30,549 nucleotides of DNA from Nitrosopumilaceae archaeon (GTDB lineage Archaea; Thermoproteota; Nitrososphaeria; Nitrososphaerales; Nitrosopumilaceae), in the NCBI GenBank assembly GCA_052389415.1, contig JBQTHX010000094.1:1-30549 (forward strand), read 5' to 3'. Positions 1-10,205 of this stretch are shown one piece after another (within the stretch, counting starts at the first letter, position 1; the number at the start of each line of letters is the position of its first letter). The notes under the pieces were generated by a model. That model saw nothing but the letters and a program-made list of their open reading frames with translations. It searched no databases and was not told the origin of the DNA. The translations under genes and the position numbers were made by a program.

Positions 1-2
1 TT

Positions 3-1043
3 CTTGATGTTGTAGGAGGTGCTTCAGGAGGGGACTTTTTGGCACCGCAGATAACAATCCCAAAACTAAACCTGTCAAACCTTCCACTTATTGGTGACAT
101 ACTTGATTTCATTACAAATGCAGACCCATTCACACCTATCACACCACTTGATGATCTATCCATTGACTATCCATTATCTATCAACGGTAATGGCTATTTG
201 CTAACACAATATGCAAACACGATTGAAACGTATCAAGGCAAGACTGGAGAACCGATATCGTTCAAGATGACACTATTTGATTCCACGGGAGTAGAGCACA
301 TTGGGCTGTACACTAATCTTAGAGATGACAAAAGAGAGATCTCAGACAGTGATACGTTTGTGATATACCACGAAGGCAGACCACTAGAAGTAACAGATCA
401 TAATGGATTCTTTTCTAATGTAAATTTCACTGAATCAGAATACAACGGAAAGTACATTGCTGAATTTAACATGACATTTGCAAGACCGATGGATACATCT
501 GATGTTATCATACGAACATGGGATGAACGTCTAAACTCTGGTGACATAAAGATATTTGACGCCATCAAGGTAGAAGGTGAACCTATAGTCGTAGATACAA
601 ATAATTTGGTTGTGCCAAACTCGGCAGACATTGTGGTACCATATTATAAGATGCCTTACTATGAAATTCCTGAAGCTGACCATGATGGCAATCTTGTTTA
701 TTACAACTCGTTTGGGGGACTGGAAGAAAAGCATGTGCATCCGTATTATGAACCGATAGAGTATTCTGGCGATATTGGTAAAGCTGAGAGACATGATGAT
801 GGATTTAGCAAATTAATAGCAGCGGAAAAATTCAAATCGCTGATTATACTAAATGAACTAATTACAGAACCATTTGATTCTTCAGAAGAAATATCGACTA
901 ACGAGTTGTTTTCTTATCCAGATGATGTTGGCAGATTGGATAGAAGAGATCACCGCATTTTGAAGGAGATGATGAATGAGGAGCACCTAGAGGCAACACT
1001 AATTTCTGCTGCCCTATACAAAACCAATCATGTCATCGATTAG
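3..1043 (+). CDS. C-terminal part of a large thaumarchaeal surface/secreted protein, 5'-truncated by the window edge
   Basis: Frame 3 is open from base 3 (LDVVGGASGGDFLAPQ...), so the TTG at 39 is probably internal. Beta-rich region followed by a charged C-terminus, resembling the ends of large Nitrosopumilales surface proteins. Confidence 0.7.
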   Translation, partial: LDVVGGASGGDFLAPQITIPKLNLSNLPLIGDILDFITNADPFTPITPLDDLSIDYPLSINGNGYLLTQYANTIETYQGKTGEPISFKMTLFDSTGVEHIGLYTNLRDDKREISDSDTFVIYHEGRPLEVTDHNGFFSNVNFTESEYNGKYIAEFNMTFARPMDTSDVIIRTWDERLNSGDIKIFDAIKVEGEPIVVDTNNLVVPNSADIVVPYYKMPYYEIPEADHDGNLVYYNSFGGLEEKHVHPYYEPIEYSGDIGKAERHDDGFSKLIAAEKFKSLIILNELITEPFDSSEEISTNELFSYPDDVGRLDRRDHRILKEMMNEEHLEATLISAALYKTNHVID

Positions 1044-1239
1044 AAATTCATCATTATTTCACTACTGTAAAATAAATCCGAATTAAAATAATTGTATCAG
1101 AATTAATTATTTTATATCAATTTCCGTTTTTTTATCATCAAGTGTAGATAAAGGATAAATACTGAAATCTTTAATTACCATCGGGAAAAGCAGTCTTGGC
1201 AAAAGGTCATGGTTATTATGTAAATATTGGAGAAGCGAG

Positions 1240-3798
1240 TTGAATAATTTTACAATTATTTTCCTAGTCATCTTTGTTTTTTCATTAAACATCTATTTAA
1301 GTCCCGTATATGCAGCTCATATTCTTGATCGTTCAGAATATTTTGATGATCATCCTTTTCGTCTTACAATCGTAAATCCAACTTCTCCATCTAGTGTTGT
1401 TGTTACTGCTGATTCACCTGCCACTGGAACGTGTAGTTATACACTTACTCAAATTATTGGTACTTCTACTTGGCAGAGTTCGTACATTTATTTTACAACT
1501 GGTTCTACATGTACTAGCACTACGCTTCCTATGGGTGCTGTTCTTACAGGTTCTTTTACTGTGACTTCGGATGACACAACACCAACCTCAGAAACAGCAA
1601 CAGTGACTACATCCAATGAGCTCACGTGGCCAGTAGCTCCAATGCAGTATCAACCGCAATGGTCTAAAAAAATATCCAACTGTAGCCCATATGGAAATGA
1701 CACGCCGGATGATGATGGAATTTGCAATGGTTGGGAATATCAACCTGGCGAGGATCCTGGTGGCTTTGTAGGGTTAAGAGTACCTTATGTAGATACTGGA
1801 GCACCTGCTGGATATTGGGAACTTCCTTGTGGACCTACTACTAACGATCCTGTATGCCCTAGCGAAAGTGTAAAAGATATTTATGTTGAGATAGATTGGA
1901 TGGAGGGACATCGTCCTAGTCAGCAAGCGATAGATAATGTCAAAGCAGCCTTTGCTAACGCAACCCCTGATACAGAATTACACGTATTGTATGCCATTGG
2001 TTATGGAGATGAGATTTTACATGACGATAGCATAACTACAGCCATCTCTGGGGGAACAGGTTCCTCAGAATTTGATTCTATTAAAAAAGCCTATTTTGGA
2101 AATTCTGATGAAAGATTAGCTGGAAATGAAGGAGCATGAACATATAATCACAAGCTCACTTCAAAAAAGCAAGTCTTTCATTATGCTTTGTTTATTCACA
2201 AACAAACTGGAGCAACGACTGTATCAGGAATTGCAGAACAGCCTGGTAATGACCTTATTGTATCTCTAGGAGATTCTGGGTTTGCAGGTTCAGTAGGAAG
2301 TTTAGATCAACAAGAGGGAACTTTCATGCATGAGATTGGTCACAATCTCAAAATGGATCATGGCGGAGGAGATGCTAATAACTGTAAACCAAATTATCTA
2401 AGCGTAATGAGCTGGTCAAGACAGTTTCGTGAATTTTACCCTACCGTTGACAGAGATTTAGATTATTCAAGACAAGCCATAGGTCCTAGACCCACATCAT
2501 CGCCGTCAGACGGTTCTACAATTCTTACAGAAAGCGCGCTTTACGAGAGTGGATCTACCGGAGGAATTGATTCGTATGTTACACAAGAAAACATTGTTTA
2601 TGGAATAAGCTCCGGCACCGGTTTTATGATAGCTCCCACAGGTGGGAACGTCAATTGGAATGGTGATTTGGATACTAGCGACAATCCAGTAACTCCTGCT
2701 GCAAATATCAATTGGATGATTCCAAGAAATTGCGATGGTACTGGAACAAGTTTGACAGGAATGAAAGATTGGGGCGGTACCTATATAGATTACAGTACAA
2801 AAGATTCTTCTAGTTGGTCTGATGGTGTTAGAAGTAACAATAATGTTGCCAGTGGTGCTGCAGGTTCTGATTCAATGGCTGCTGCTCCTGGATTTGGCGG
2901 CCAAGTTCCTGAAGTAGATCCTGAGATTATCAATCAAAAGGCTGAATTAGCTTCTGATATTTCTAATAAAAAAATCATTGAATACAACTACCCAACTTTA
3001 TTAAAGCCGACCACCAAACTTCAAAAATATTATGAAGCGTGGATGGATAAATTTTGGGTAAATCATTACTGGAATAACACTAAGGTAAAGAATTCTAGCT
3101 ACAAGATACCACAGGAGATTACGTCTAAAATGGTAAGAGAATTTCGTTCTTCAAGTGTTGATTATTTAGATAGCCATGTTCAGAATCTTAACAATAATTC
3201 ATTTTCCGACCCTCAGGGAGGCAAAGCAACCTTACATGACGATTTTGAGGATGTGAAAAATTTTGTCAGTCAGGATGATTTGCATAGTGCCGTATACAAG
3301 TTATTGAAAACCAGAGATAATGCAATAATGTGGATAGACAACAATAATACTGATCTTCAAATGATATTATCAAAAATTGATAATGTCATAGCGCAATTTG
3401 AGATCGCATCCACAACATATGAAAATATCCCATATCTAGTAGGTCGTAATTCTACCGCGACCATAAGTTTCGAACATCCTACGTATGAAGTAAATGATAT
3501 TGCAATAGTTACTGTCATTGATTCATCGTCTAATTTGGATAATGATAACCAGGAAATAATATTAGCAAGGTTATCATCTACTACAAATCCTGTAGGTATT
3601 ATTTTTGAACTTCGTGAGACTGGTGACAGTACGGGTATTTTTCAATCTGGAAACGTATTGAATTTAGTCAGTGGATTTTCTGACGCTACACGAGAAGGAT
3701 CAAGAAATCGTACGCATAATGGAGATTCCATTTGGGCAAGCTATAATGGAGCAATTGGTAGTTCCATCATAAATCATCCCATTATGATAATCCCTTAG
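1240..3798 (+). pseudogene. Secreted metzincin-type zinc metalloprotease interrupted by one in-frame TGA at 2137-2139
   Basis: ORFs 1240-2139 and 2188-3798 share a frame, and the gap translates cleanly (GNEGA*TYNHKLTSKKQVFHYALFIH). Signal peptide MNNF...PVYA, Ca-binding-like DTPDDDGICNGWE, KDIYVEIDWM, zinc motif HEIGHNLKMDH, Met-turn-like YLSVMSW, and a C-terminal surface-protein-like domain (ELRETGDSTGIF). Confidence 0.75.
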
Positions 3799-4176
3799 CA
3801 ATGATTTTCTAAAATCCTTTTTTTTGTCCTGGTACAAATTTCCATTTATCTCAGTTTATTGTTTTAATAATTATTTGAAATGAAGACCATAAAATATTAG
3901 TAGATCAATTAGATACCACTTTCTCTAGAAAATCAGTGCCAAATTGTAACAACAGATCAATTAAAAACAATTATTAGAAAATCTTGGTTAATTCTATAAA
4001 ATAGTACCACCGCTACCACCATAAGCATGTTCCATTTAGCTAATTTCACCGCCTTTTATCATGATACAAATATCCTCAAGGACAGATAATAATCCAATTT
4101 CTAACAAAGCTAAATATTTGCATTTTTTGAAAGCATTTCTTTTCTTTTTATCACGCAAATAAAAGATTGAATTAGC

Positions 4177-4533
4177 ATGCAAACAGGAGTTAGCTTAGAT
4201 CATGATAAGAAAGTACAGGAAAATCTTCCATCATCTAAACAACTCGAATTCAGCGGATATAAATTGAAAAAAGCAGTGGTCCTTTATGTTCTAAATAGAA
4301 CACTCCTTGAGTCAGGACCTGAAGCGTTTGACATGGTCAACCGTAGCCTATATGAAAAATATCGCTGTGAAATTTCAGAATGCTTTGAAAGGCCAGAATA
4401 CTTGGTTGATGTGTTAAGATATGTTTTTGATGGTTCATATCATGTTCTTACCGAGTCTTTAGTGAAAAATTTAGAGAGATTTGCTAAAGAAGACGGCATA
4501 AAAGAATTTCTTGAAAAAATAAGACAACGGTAG
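4177..4533 (+). CDS. Nitrosopumilus output domain (NitrOD5-like) protein
   Basis: 118 aa with the pattern LLESGPEAFDMVNRSLYEKYRCEISECFERPEYLVDVLRYVF, resembling thaumarchaeal NitrOD5-type signalling domains (recalled, not searched). Confidence 0.6.
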   Translation: MQTGVSLDHDKKVQENLPSSKQLEFSGYKLKKAVVLYVLNRTLLESGPEAFDMVNRSLYEKYRCEISECFERPEYLVDVLRYVFDGSYHVLTESLVKNLERFAKEDGIKEFLEKIRQR

Positions 4534-4713
4534 AATATAATTACAAGAGTTCCACAAACCACATCGCAGAACTAAAACTGTAAAGAAACAGCCATTATGG
4601 TTGAGTTATCTTATGCATTAATTGAAAAAATGAATCTACTTTGTTGCCACACATCTTTTATTTTTCAATCTTTTGAAAATTCCTTATAACACACTATTTC
4701 CATAATTTCCTAA

Positions 4714-6117
4714 TTGGCTAAAAATAATTTTGGGCACAAGATTAGAAACCAAGACAGATTCTCAAAGATTTTAACAATCTTGGAATACATGGAAGGCCAA
4801 AATGTAGGAAAGGATTGGCTCCGTCGAGAAGCCAAAAGACAGCATGTTAAAGGAATCAGGCCTGTTATGACTACCATTGAAATCCTAAAAAAGAGTCCTT
4901 TACGCTTCATTTCACATATTTTTAATTCCATTACTGATTCTTCCTCGTCTAATCCTAGACCATCAAATTTACCTCCACTAGAACACATGCACTGGTTTTA
5001 CACAGATGTTGTGGCAAGCTCTAACCCAAAGATCACAACAAGAGAACAAGTTCACAAGATAATGGTTTTAAACGAATTAATTTCTAAAACAGAATATTAC
5101 AAAAAGCAAGATCCAAAATCTCTACTGGTCCAGCCCTCTGGAGATGGTTACGCAATTGGGTTTAAAGATTCTATAGAAAGCCCGTTAACTCTGGCATTAG
5201 AATTACATTCTCTTTTGAGCAAATACAACCAATCACAGTCACAAAAAGACAAAGTGTACATTAGAAGTGGAATCGAATCGGGTATTGTATATTTTATGAA
5301 AGACCTCAATGGAAATCACACTGTTTGGGGTCCAGGAATCATAATGGCAAGACGCATTATGGATCTTGGGGAAAAAATGCACATACTTACTTCGGAAAGC
5401 GTAGCCAAAGTTCTTGGAAGATTAACTCCAGAGTATAAAGCAATAATGCATCCTATTGGAAAATATCAAGTAAAATGGGAAGGAGATATTGATCTATTCA
5501 ACATTTATGAAGAAGGAAAGTTTGGAAATCGAAATCCTCCAACGAAACCTGCTGTTGTTCCAAAGTATTTTGAGTTTGAAAAAGTAGAACTAATTCTTGA
5601 TGTAAAGAATCCAAAGACAATGATGACACATCATACTCAGAATTGGATTCTGATTAACGTTTCAAAAGAGTCAAGAGACCTAATCCATTACAACATTGAT
5701 GGTGATACTGCCAAAAACTTTGTAGACTTGCATGTAAGTATAACTGATAGCAAGGGAAAGAAACTCAAGATACAAGATTTGGATGACAGAGAACCAAAAC
5801 ATAAAGAGTTCAACGTTAGGCTTGACAAACCTATCAAACCAGGAAGTACGAAATTTCTAAAATTAGAGTGGGATTGGGAGGAGCCATTTAGGAGCTACAT
5901 GTACAAATTTTCATCAGACTGCAAGAGATTCAGATACTTACTTAATATCTCAAATAAGGTTGGACTAAAGCAAAGAGTTCTCAAGATTGTTCCGGAATTA
6001 GGACAGAAAGAATATGCCTCTACATTGCCAGTTATAAAATATAAAAATGGAAAAACTCTGGTATCCTGGGAACAAAAAAATGTATTGGCATTTGATGCAT
6101 ACATGTTAGAATGGTAA
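4714..6117 (+). CDS. Class III adenylate/guanylate cyclase domain protein with an uncharacterised C-terminal beta-rich domain
   Basis: Metal-binding Asp motifs FYTDVVASS and PSGDGYAIGF, plus IRSGIESG, VWGPGIIMARRIMD and HILTSES, fit the class III cyclase fold. No transmembrane segment is evident. Confidence 0.85.
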   Translation: MAKNNFGHKIRNQDRFSKILTILEYMEGQNVGKDWLRREAKRQHVKGIRPVMTTIEILKKSPLRFISHIFNSITDSSSSNPRPSNLPPLEHMHWFYTDVVASSNPKITTREQVHKIMVLNELISKTEYYKKQDPKSLLVQPSGDGYAIGFKDSIESPLTLALELHSLLSKYNQSQSQKDKVYIRSGIESGIVYFMKDLNGNHTVWGPGIIMARRIMDLGEKMHILTSESVAKVLGRLTPEYKAIMHPIGKYQVKWEGDIDLFNIYEEGKFGNRNPPTKPAVVPKYFEFEKVELILDVKNPKTMMTHHTQNWILINVSKESRDLIHYNIDGDTAKNFVDLHVSITDSKGKKLKIQDLDDREPKHKEFNVRLDKPIKPGSTKFLKLEWDWEEPFRSYMYKFSSDCKRFRYLLNISNKVGLKQRVLKIVPELGQKEYASTLPVIKYKNGKTLVSWEQKNVLAFDAYMLEW

Positions 6118-6242
6118 AACAAGTCATTTTCAAAGCTTCAAAACTCAAAAATTCATCCTTTTTTTGATTACAAATAAAATAAACAAGCTCGAAGACAACA
6201 TTTGACAATTGTGATTAAGCCATTATTATTTGAAAAAATGCA

Positions 6243-6605
6243 TTGAAGCTTGATGACAGTTTAAGATTCAGAATCCTTGAAAAGACAGGCATTTACGCAA
6301 ACAGATTCGGAATCCAAGAACCCAGAGTGCTTTTTACCACAAGAGAAGTACTTGAGATGCCAAAAAATATGACAGAGGGAAGAAGAACCTCAGCATACAA
6401 GTATTATGGTGTATCCTACATGCAGCACAACATGATCTTTTTGAACACAAGAAAATTGCCAGACGAAAAAGCTTTAGAAAACACCATTGTACATGAACTT
6501 GTACACCTAAGATTTCCATATCTGAGCCATGGAAAAAGATTCAACAAGTTAGTAAGGCAAGGACTGGCAGGAAAAACGTTTGCTCCTTACAAGAAAAGAA
6601 AGTAA
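6243..6605 (+). CDS. Small zincin-like metallopeptidase (SprT/YgjP/M48-like)
   Basis: HExxH motif TIVHELVHLRF followed by HGKRF. Confidence 0.75.
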   Translation: MKLDDSLRFRILEKTGIYANRFGIQEPRVLFTTREVLEMPKNMTEGRRTSAYKYYGVSYMQHNMIFLNTRKLPDEKALENTIVHELVHLRFPYLSHGKRFNKLVRQGLAGKTFAPYKKRK

Positions 6606-6655
6606 GATCTAGCCAGAGATGGTTTATATTTACCGCAAATAGGCAAATTTAACAA

Positions 6656-8698
6656 ATGCTCCTGCAAGACCTAATGATACCAATAGGCGCGGCTATTGTT
6701 TCATTTGTTGTTGCTGCATTCTTTGCATTCTGGGTTTCAAAACAACCCCCAGGAACTCAACAGATGCTTGAGATCTCAAACGCAGTCAAAGTAGGAGCGA
6801 TGGCATTTTTGAGAAGAGAGTTTAAGATTGTCATTCCAGTTGCGATAGGTTTAGCGGTTATAATAGGTGGGGCTATTGGATTTTCAAACGGCATTGCCTT
6901 TGCAGTAGGTGCAGGCTTGTCTGCAGTTGCAGGACTAATCTCACTAAAGATTACAGTAAAGGCTGCAGTTCGTGCAGCAAATGCCTCAGGAAAAGGATTG
7001 GGCCACACGTTTGCCCTGGCCTTTAGAGGAGGAGCAACTGTCGGACTTGCAGTTCCCGCCATGGCACTTTTAGCAATTACATTACTTTATTTTGCATTTC
7101 CAGATCCAATCACAATTGCTGGTGTTGGTATTGGTGCTAGTCTTATTGCGTTGTTTATCAGAGTCGGTGGTGGAATTTTCACAAAGGCTGCAGACATGGG
7201 TGCAGACTTGGTTGGCAAGGTAGAGGCTAACATTCCAGAAGATGATCCACGAAACCCAGCAACGATTGCAGACAATGTTGGTGATAATGTTGGCGATGCA
7301 GCTGGAATGGGCTCTGATATTTACGAATCTTATATTGTTACCATGCTTGCTTCATTACTTTTAGCAGCCTTGATTGGCACTCCACAAAACTTGCTCTACC
7401 CCATATTGATTGGCGCATCAGGACTTATTGCATCAATTATTGGCACTGCAACCATTGGGCCAAGAAAGATGACAGATGTTATGAAACCTCTGAATCGAGC
7501 TTTTTATGTTTCTGCTGCAATTGCTATCGCGCTTAATTTCGTCTTTACCCAATTGTTTATGGGCCAGTCCCCACTTGCGTACGCACTGTTTGGGACCACT
7601 GTAGTTGGAGTAATTCTTGTACCAATAATTCAAAGAATCACTGATACTTTTACTAGTTACAGATTTAAACCAGTCAAAGAAATTTCCGAGTCTGCCAAGT
7701 GGGGATATGCTTCACTTACACTCATGGGAATCATACAAGGAATGCGTTCTACTGGACCATTCATGATTGCAATTGTTGTCGCACTTGGATTGTCATTTGC
7801 AATAGCTTCATCTGCTGCACCAGATCCTTCTCAGGCTCTAATTTATGGAATTTTTGGTACATCACTTACTGCCATGGCAATGCTTTCTCTTGCAGGAATT
7901 GTACTTTCCATAGATGCATTTGGTCCAATCAGTGACAATGCTGGAGGAATTGTAGAGATGACAGGAATGGGAGAAGAAAACCGTAAAGTTACAGACGAGA
8001 TAGATGCAGTTGGAAATACTACAAAGGCAGTAACTAAAGGATTTGCAATCGCAAGTGCTGGCCTTGCTGCATTAGCAATGATCCAAGCTTTCCAGTATGA
8101 AGCAGGAAAGATATTTGATTTCACATTTGATTACAGTCTCTCAAATCCAGCAGTTATTATCGGATTGCTTGTTGGAGGCCTCTTGCCATTCTTTATCACA
8201 AGCCAGCTAATTGCCGCAGTTTCAAGAGCTGCAGGAAAGATGGTCGAGGAAGTCAGAAGACAGTTTAAAGAGCATCCAGACATTCTTACTGGCAAAGAAA
8301 AACCAGAGTATGCCAAGTGTGTCGATGTTGCAACAGTTGCATCACTTAGAGAGTTATGGAAGTCAGCAACACTTACAATTATTGCGCCAATAATTCTTGG
8401 TGTTCTTTTAGGACCAACAGCAGTAGCAGGATTACTTATGGGCGCAGTTGTCACAGGAATCTTCTTGGCATATCACCTGGCAAACACTGGAGGAGCTTGG
8501 GACAATGCCAAAAAATATGTAGAGATCCAAGGTCGTAAAGGAACTGAGGAACACAAGATTACAATTGTAGGCGATGTAATTGGAGACCCGTATAAAGACA
8601 CTGCAGGACCTGCACTGAACACAGTAATCAAGTTGTTAAATACAGTAGCTATCGTCTTCGTATCTGCATTTGTAGGATTACTTGTCCTGGTTCACTAG
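6656..8698 (+). CDS. hppA: Membrane-integral pyrophosphatase, probably K+-independent and H+-translocating
   Basis: Signatures DMGADLVGKVE, EDDPRNPATIADNVGDNVGD, GNTTKA, GGAWDNAKK and GDPYKDTAGPALN; many TM helices. Confidence 0.96.
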   Translation: MLLQDLMIPIGAAIVSFVVAAFFAFWVSKQPPGTQQMLEISNAVKVGAMAFLRREFKIVIPVAIGLAVIIGGAIGFSNGIAFAVGAGLSAVAGLISLKITVKAAVRAANASGKGLGHTFALAFRGGATVGLAVPAMALLAITLLYFAFPDPITIAGVGIGASLIALFIRVGGGIFTKAADMGADLVGKVEANIPEDDPRNPATIADNVGDNVGDAAGMGSDIYESYIVTMLASLLLAALIGTPQNLLYPILIGASGLIASIIGTATIGPRKMTDVMKPLNRAFYVSAAIAIALNFVFTQLFMGQSPLAYALFGTTVVGVILVPIIQRITDTFTSYRFKPVKEISESAKWGYASLTLMGIIQGMRSTGPFMIAIVVALGLSFAIASSAAPDPSQALIYGIFGTSLTAMAMLSLAGIVLSIDAFGPISDNAGGIVEMTGMGEENRKVTDEIDAVGNTTKAVTKGFAIASAGLAALAMIQAFQYEAGKIFDFTFDYSLSNPAVIIGLLVGGLLPFFITSQLIAAVSRAAGKMVEEVRRQFKEHPDILTGKEKPEYAKCVDVATVASLRELWKSATLTIIAPIILGVLLGPTAVAGLLMGAVVTGIFLAYHLANTGGAWDNAKKYVEIQGRKGTEEHKITIVGDVIGDPYKDTAGPALNTVIKLLNTVAIVFVSAFVGLLVLVH

Positions 8699-8889
8699 GG
8701 TTTTTTTTCGTCAATTACTATAGTCATATCAAGCTCGTCAATTTGTGCCTCGATTGTCTTTCTTATGGTATTGTCGTGTTCTTTGCAGAATTTGAAAAAT
8801 CCATCTACTGTCTCAAAACAACCGCAAATCCATAGAGTCTTTTTTTCTCCTTCTACTGTTAGTTTTACATAGGACTCTTTTTTCTCCAT
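8695..8889 (-). CDS. Small hypothetical protein with CGC...CxxH putative metal-binding motif
   Basis: The likely start is ATG 8889 (MEKKESY...), because the longer ORF overlaps the upstream gene. Contains WICGC and FCKEH. Confidence 0.65.
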   Translation of the reverse strand: MEKKESYVKLTVEGEKKTLWICGCFETVDGFFKFCKEHDNTIRKTIEAQIDELDMTIVIDEKKP

Positions 8890-8947
8890 CACAATAGATC
8901 CTAAAGATGATTCTAAAAAGATTTCCAGAAAGAAATTAAAAAATAGT

Positions 8948-9205
8948 TTATGGACAGCCTTCCATCTTTTGGATGAAGTATCCATTTGTGCGAATTTGAT
9001 TCGCTATTGGCTCAGGTGCACCTTGAGTATGGCAAAATTGGCACTCTTCGGTTGTGACTTTGGCATCGCTTTCTCCTACTGTCTTTAGCCATTCTTTTGC
9101 AAACTCTATTGCCTTTTTATGATCTTTGACATCTGTAATAACATCAAAGTGCATTGTGTGACCATCCTTTGCCTCTACATATGTGTCGTATACGTGAATG
9201 TCCAT
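8948..9205 (-). CDS. DUF2024 family protein
   Basis: Motifs MDIHVYDTYV, HTMHFDV, AKEWL and ECQFCH; likely start ATG 9205. Confidence 0.8.
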   Translation of the reverse strand: MDIHVYDTYVEAKDGHTMHFDVITDVKDHKKAIEFAKEWLKTVGESDAKVTTEECQFCHTQGAPEPIANQIRTNGYFIQKMEGCP

Positions 9206-9254
9206 GCATGTTATTTTCAAGAAGGGATATTTAATTCAAATCACTAGATGAATC

Positions 9255-9644
9255 ATGAAATATATAATTACAGTTGATTTTCCAAAAATCAAGACTATGG
9301 ATTTAGAATTAGACGATTCAGATTCGCCAGTCACTGTCAAAAACCTCATGGACAGTTTGCCTTTTACTGTTGCAATAAATTCTTGGGGAGAAGAGCTTTA
9401 CACTGACGAAATTCCGGTTGCAGTAGGAGAAGAGAATGCAAAATCTTTGGTAGAATTGATGGATGTAGCTTATTGGCCACAAGGAAAGGCAGTATGTCTC
9501 TTTTTTGGACCAACACCGATAGGAAAGAAAGGTGAGATCAGACCATATTCTCCAGTCAACATCATAGGCAAGATAAAAAGTGACAAAAAGTTTCTAAAAG
9601 ACGTTCCAGATGGAATGAGAGTCACTTTTATGAGACCCAGATGA
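9255..9644 (+). CDS. Cyclophilin-like fold protein (TM1367/DUF369-like)
   Basis: Motifs LPF...WGEELY, DVAYWPQGKAVCLFFGPTP and PVNIIGK. Confidence 0.85.
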   Translation: MKYIITVDFPKIKTMDLELDDSDSPVTVKNLMDSLPFTVAINSWGEELYTDEIPVAVGEENAKSLVELMDVAYWPQGKAVCLFFGPTPIGKKGEIRPYSPVNIIGKIKSDKKFLKDVPDGMRVTFMRPR

Positions 9645-9690
9645 CATATCAGAAGAATCCTTTTACGTTATGACGTGTATAGTAATTTGA

Positions 9691-9789
9691 TTGTGGCACC
9701 TTGGATCTACTTTCAAATGTAAGGATTGTAATGTGACCTTTGCTGACAAGGAACATTATGAGAGGCACAAAAAAAGCATTCACAAATAA
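9691..9789 (+). CDS. 32-aa C2H2 zinc-finger microprotein (not in ORF track)
   Basis: TTG...TAA encodes MWHLGSTFKCKDCNVTFADKEHYERHKKSIHK, which has C-x2-C-x12-H-x4-H spacing with the conserved Phe. It fills the intergenic gap. Confidence 0.75.
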   Translation: MWHLGSTFKCKDCNVTFADKEHYERHKKSIHK

Positions 9790-9790
9790 T

Positions 9791-10198
9791 TCATCCAGTA
9801 GAGATTTCTATCGATTCTAATTTTGTCTCAAAGATGTATGCATTGAGCTGTCCAGTCTTGTTTGAAAATATTATCCAAGGTACGGGATTTATCTCCATGA
9901 ATTTCTTGTCTGTCATAGACGGATAGGCTTCAGAGCCTGGATGGGAGTGAAATATTCCAACTACATCTAGTTCTCTTTTCTCTGCTTCTTGATATCCTCG
10001 TATGAGTTCATCATTTGATATAGTAAAATTTACTGGAGAGTTTTCCATGTTTTTTGTTAAAAAAATGTCTTTTACCTTGATTGTGTCATTTTCAATTTTT
10101 CCAAACAATAAAGCACACGATTCGTTTGGAGATGTATTTTTTGCATGACTGGATAGAATATCGACATGATCCTTGGAAATTATTATGGTTTGTTGCAA
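9791..10198 (-). CDS. JAMM/MPN+ (Mov34, M67) metalloprotease
   Basis: N-terminal ESCALLFG Glu and JAMM motif FHSHPGSEAYPSMTD. Confidence 0.92.
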   Translation of the reverse strand: MQQTIIISKDHVDILSSHAKNTSPNESCALLFGKIENDTIKVKDIFLTKNMENSPVNFTISNDELIRGYQEAEKRELDVVGIFHSHPGSEAYPSMTDKKFMEINPVPWIIFSNKTGQLNAYIFETKLESIEISTG

Positions 10199-10205
10199 TG
10201 TAATT

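Noticed and set aside
2137-2139. Selenocysteine or genome-wide TGA recoding
   Set aside because: The context is not a Cys/redox motif, I recognised no SECIS-like structure, and TGA is a normal stop elsewhere in the window (cyoE, hicB). A nonsense change or error is more parsimonious.
3799-4176. Long AT-rich intergenic region with short repeats (AGATCAATTA twice, TACCAC three times)
   Set aside because: The repeats are short and irregularly spaced in low-complexity DNA; I could not support an ncRNA, tRNA or ORF.
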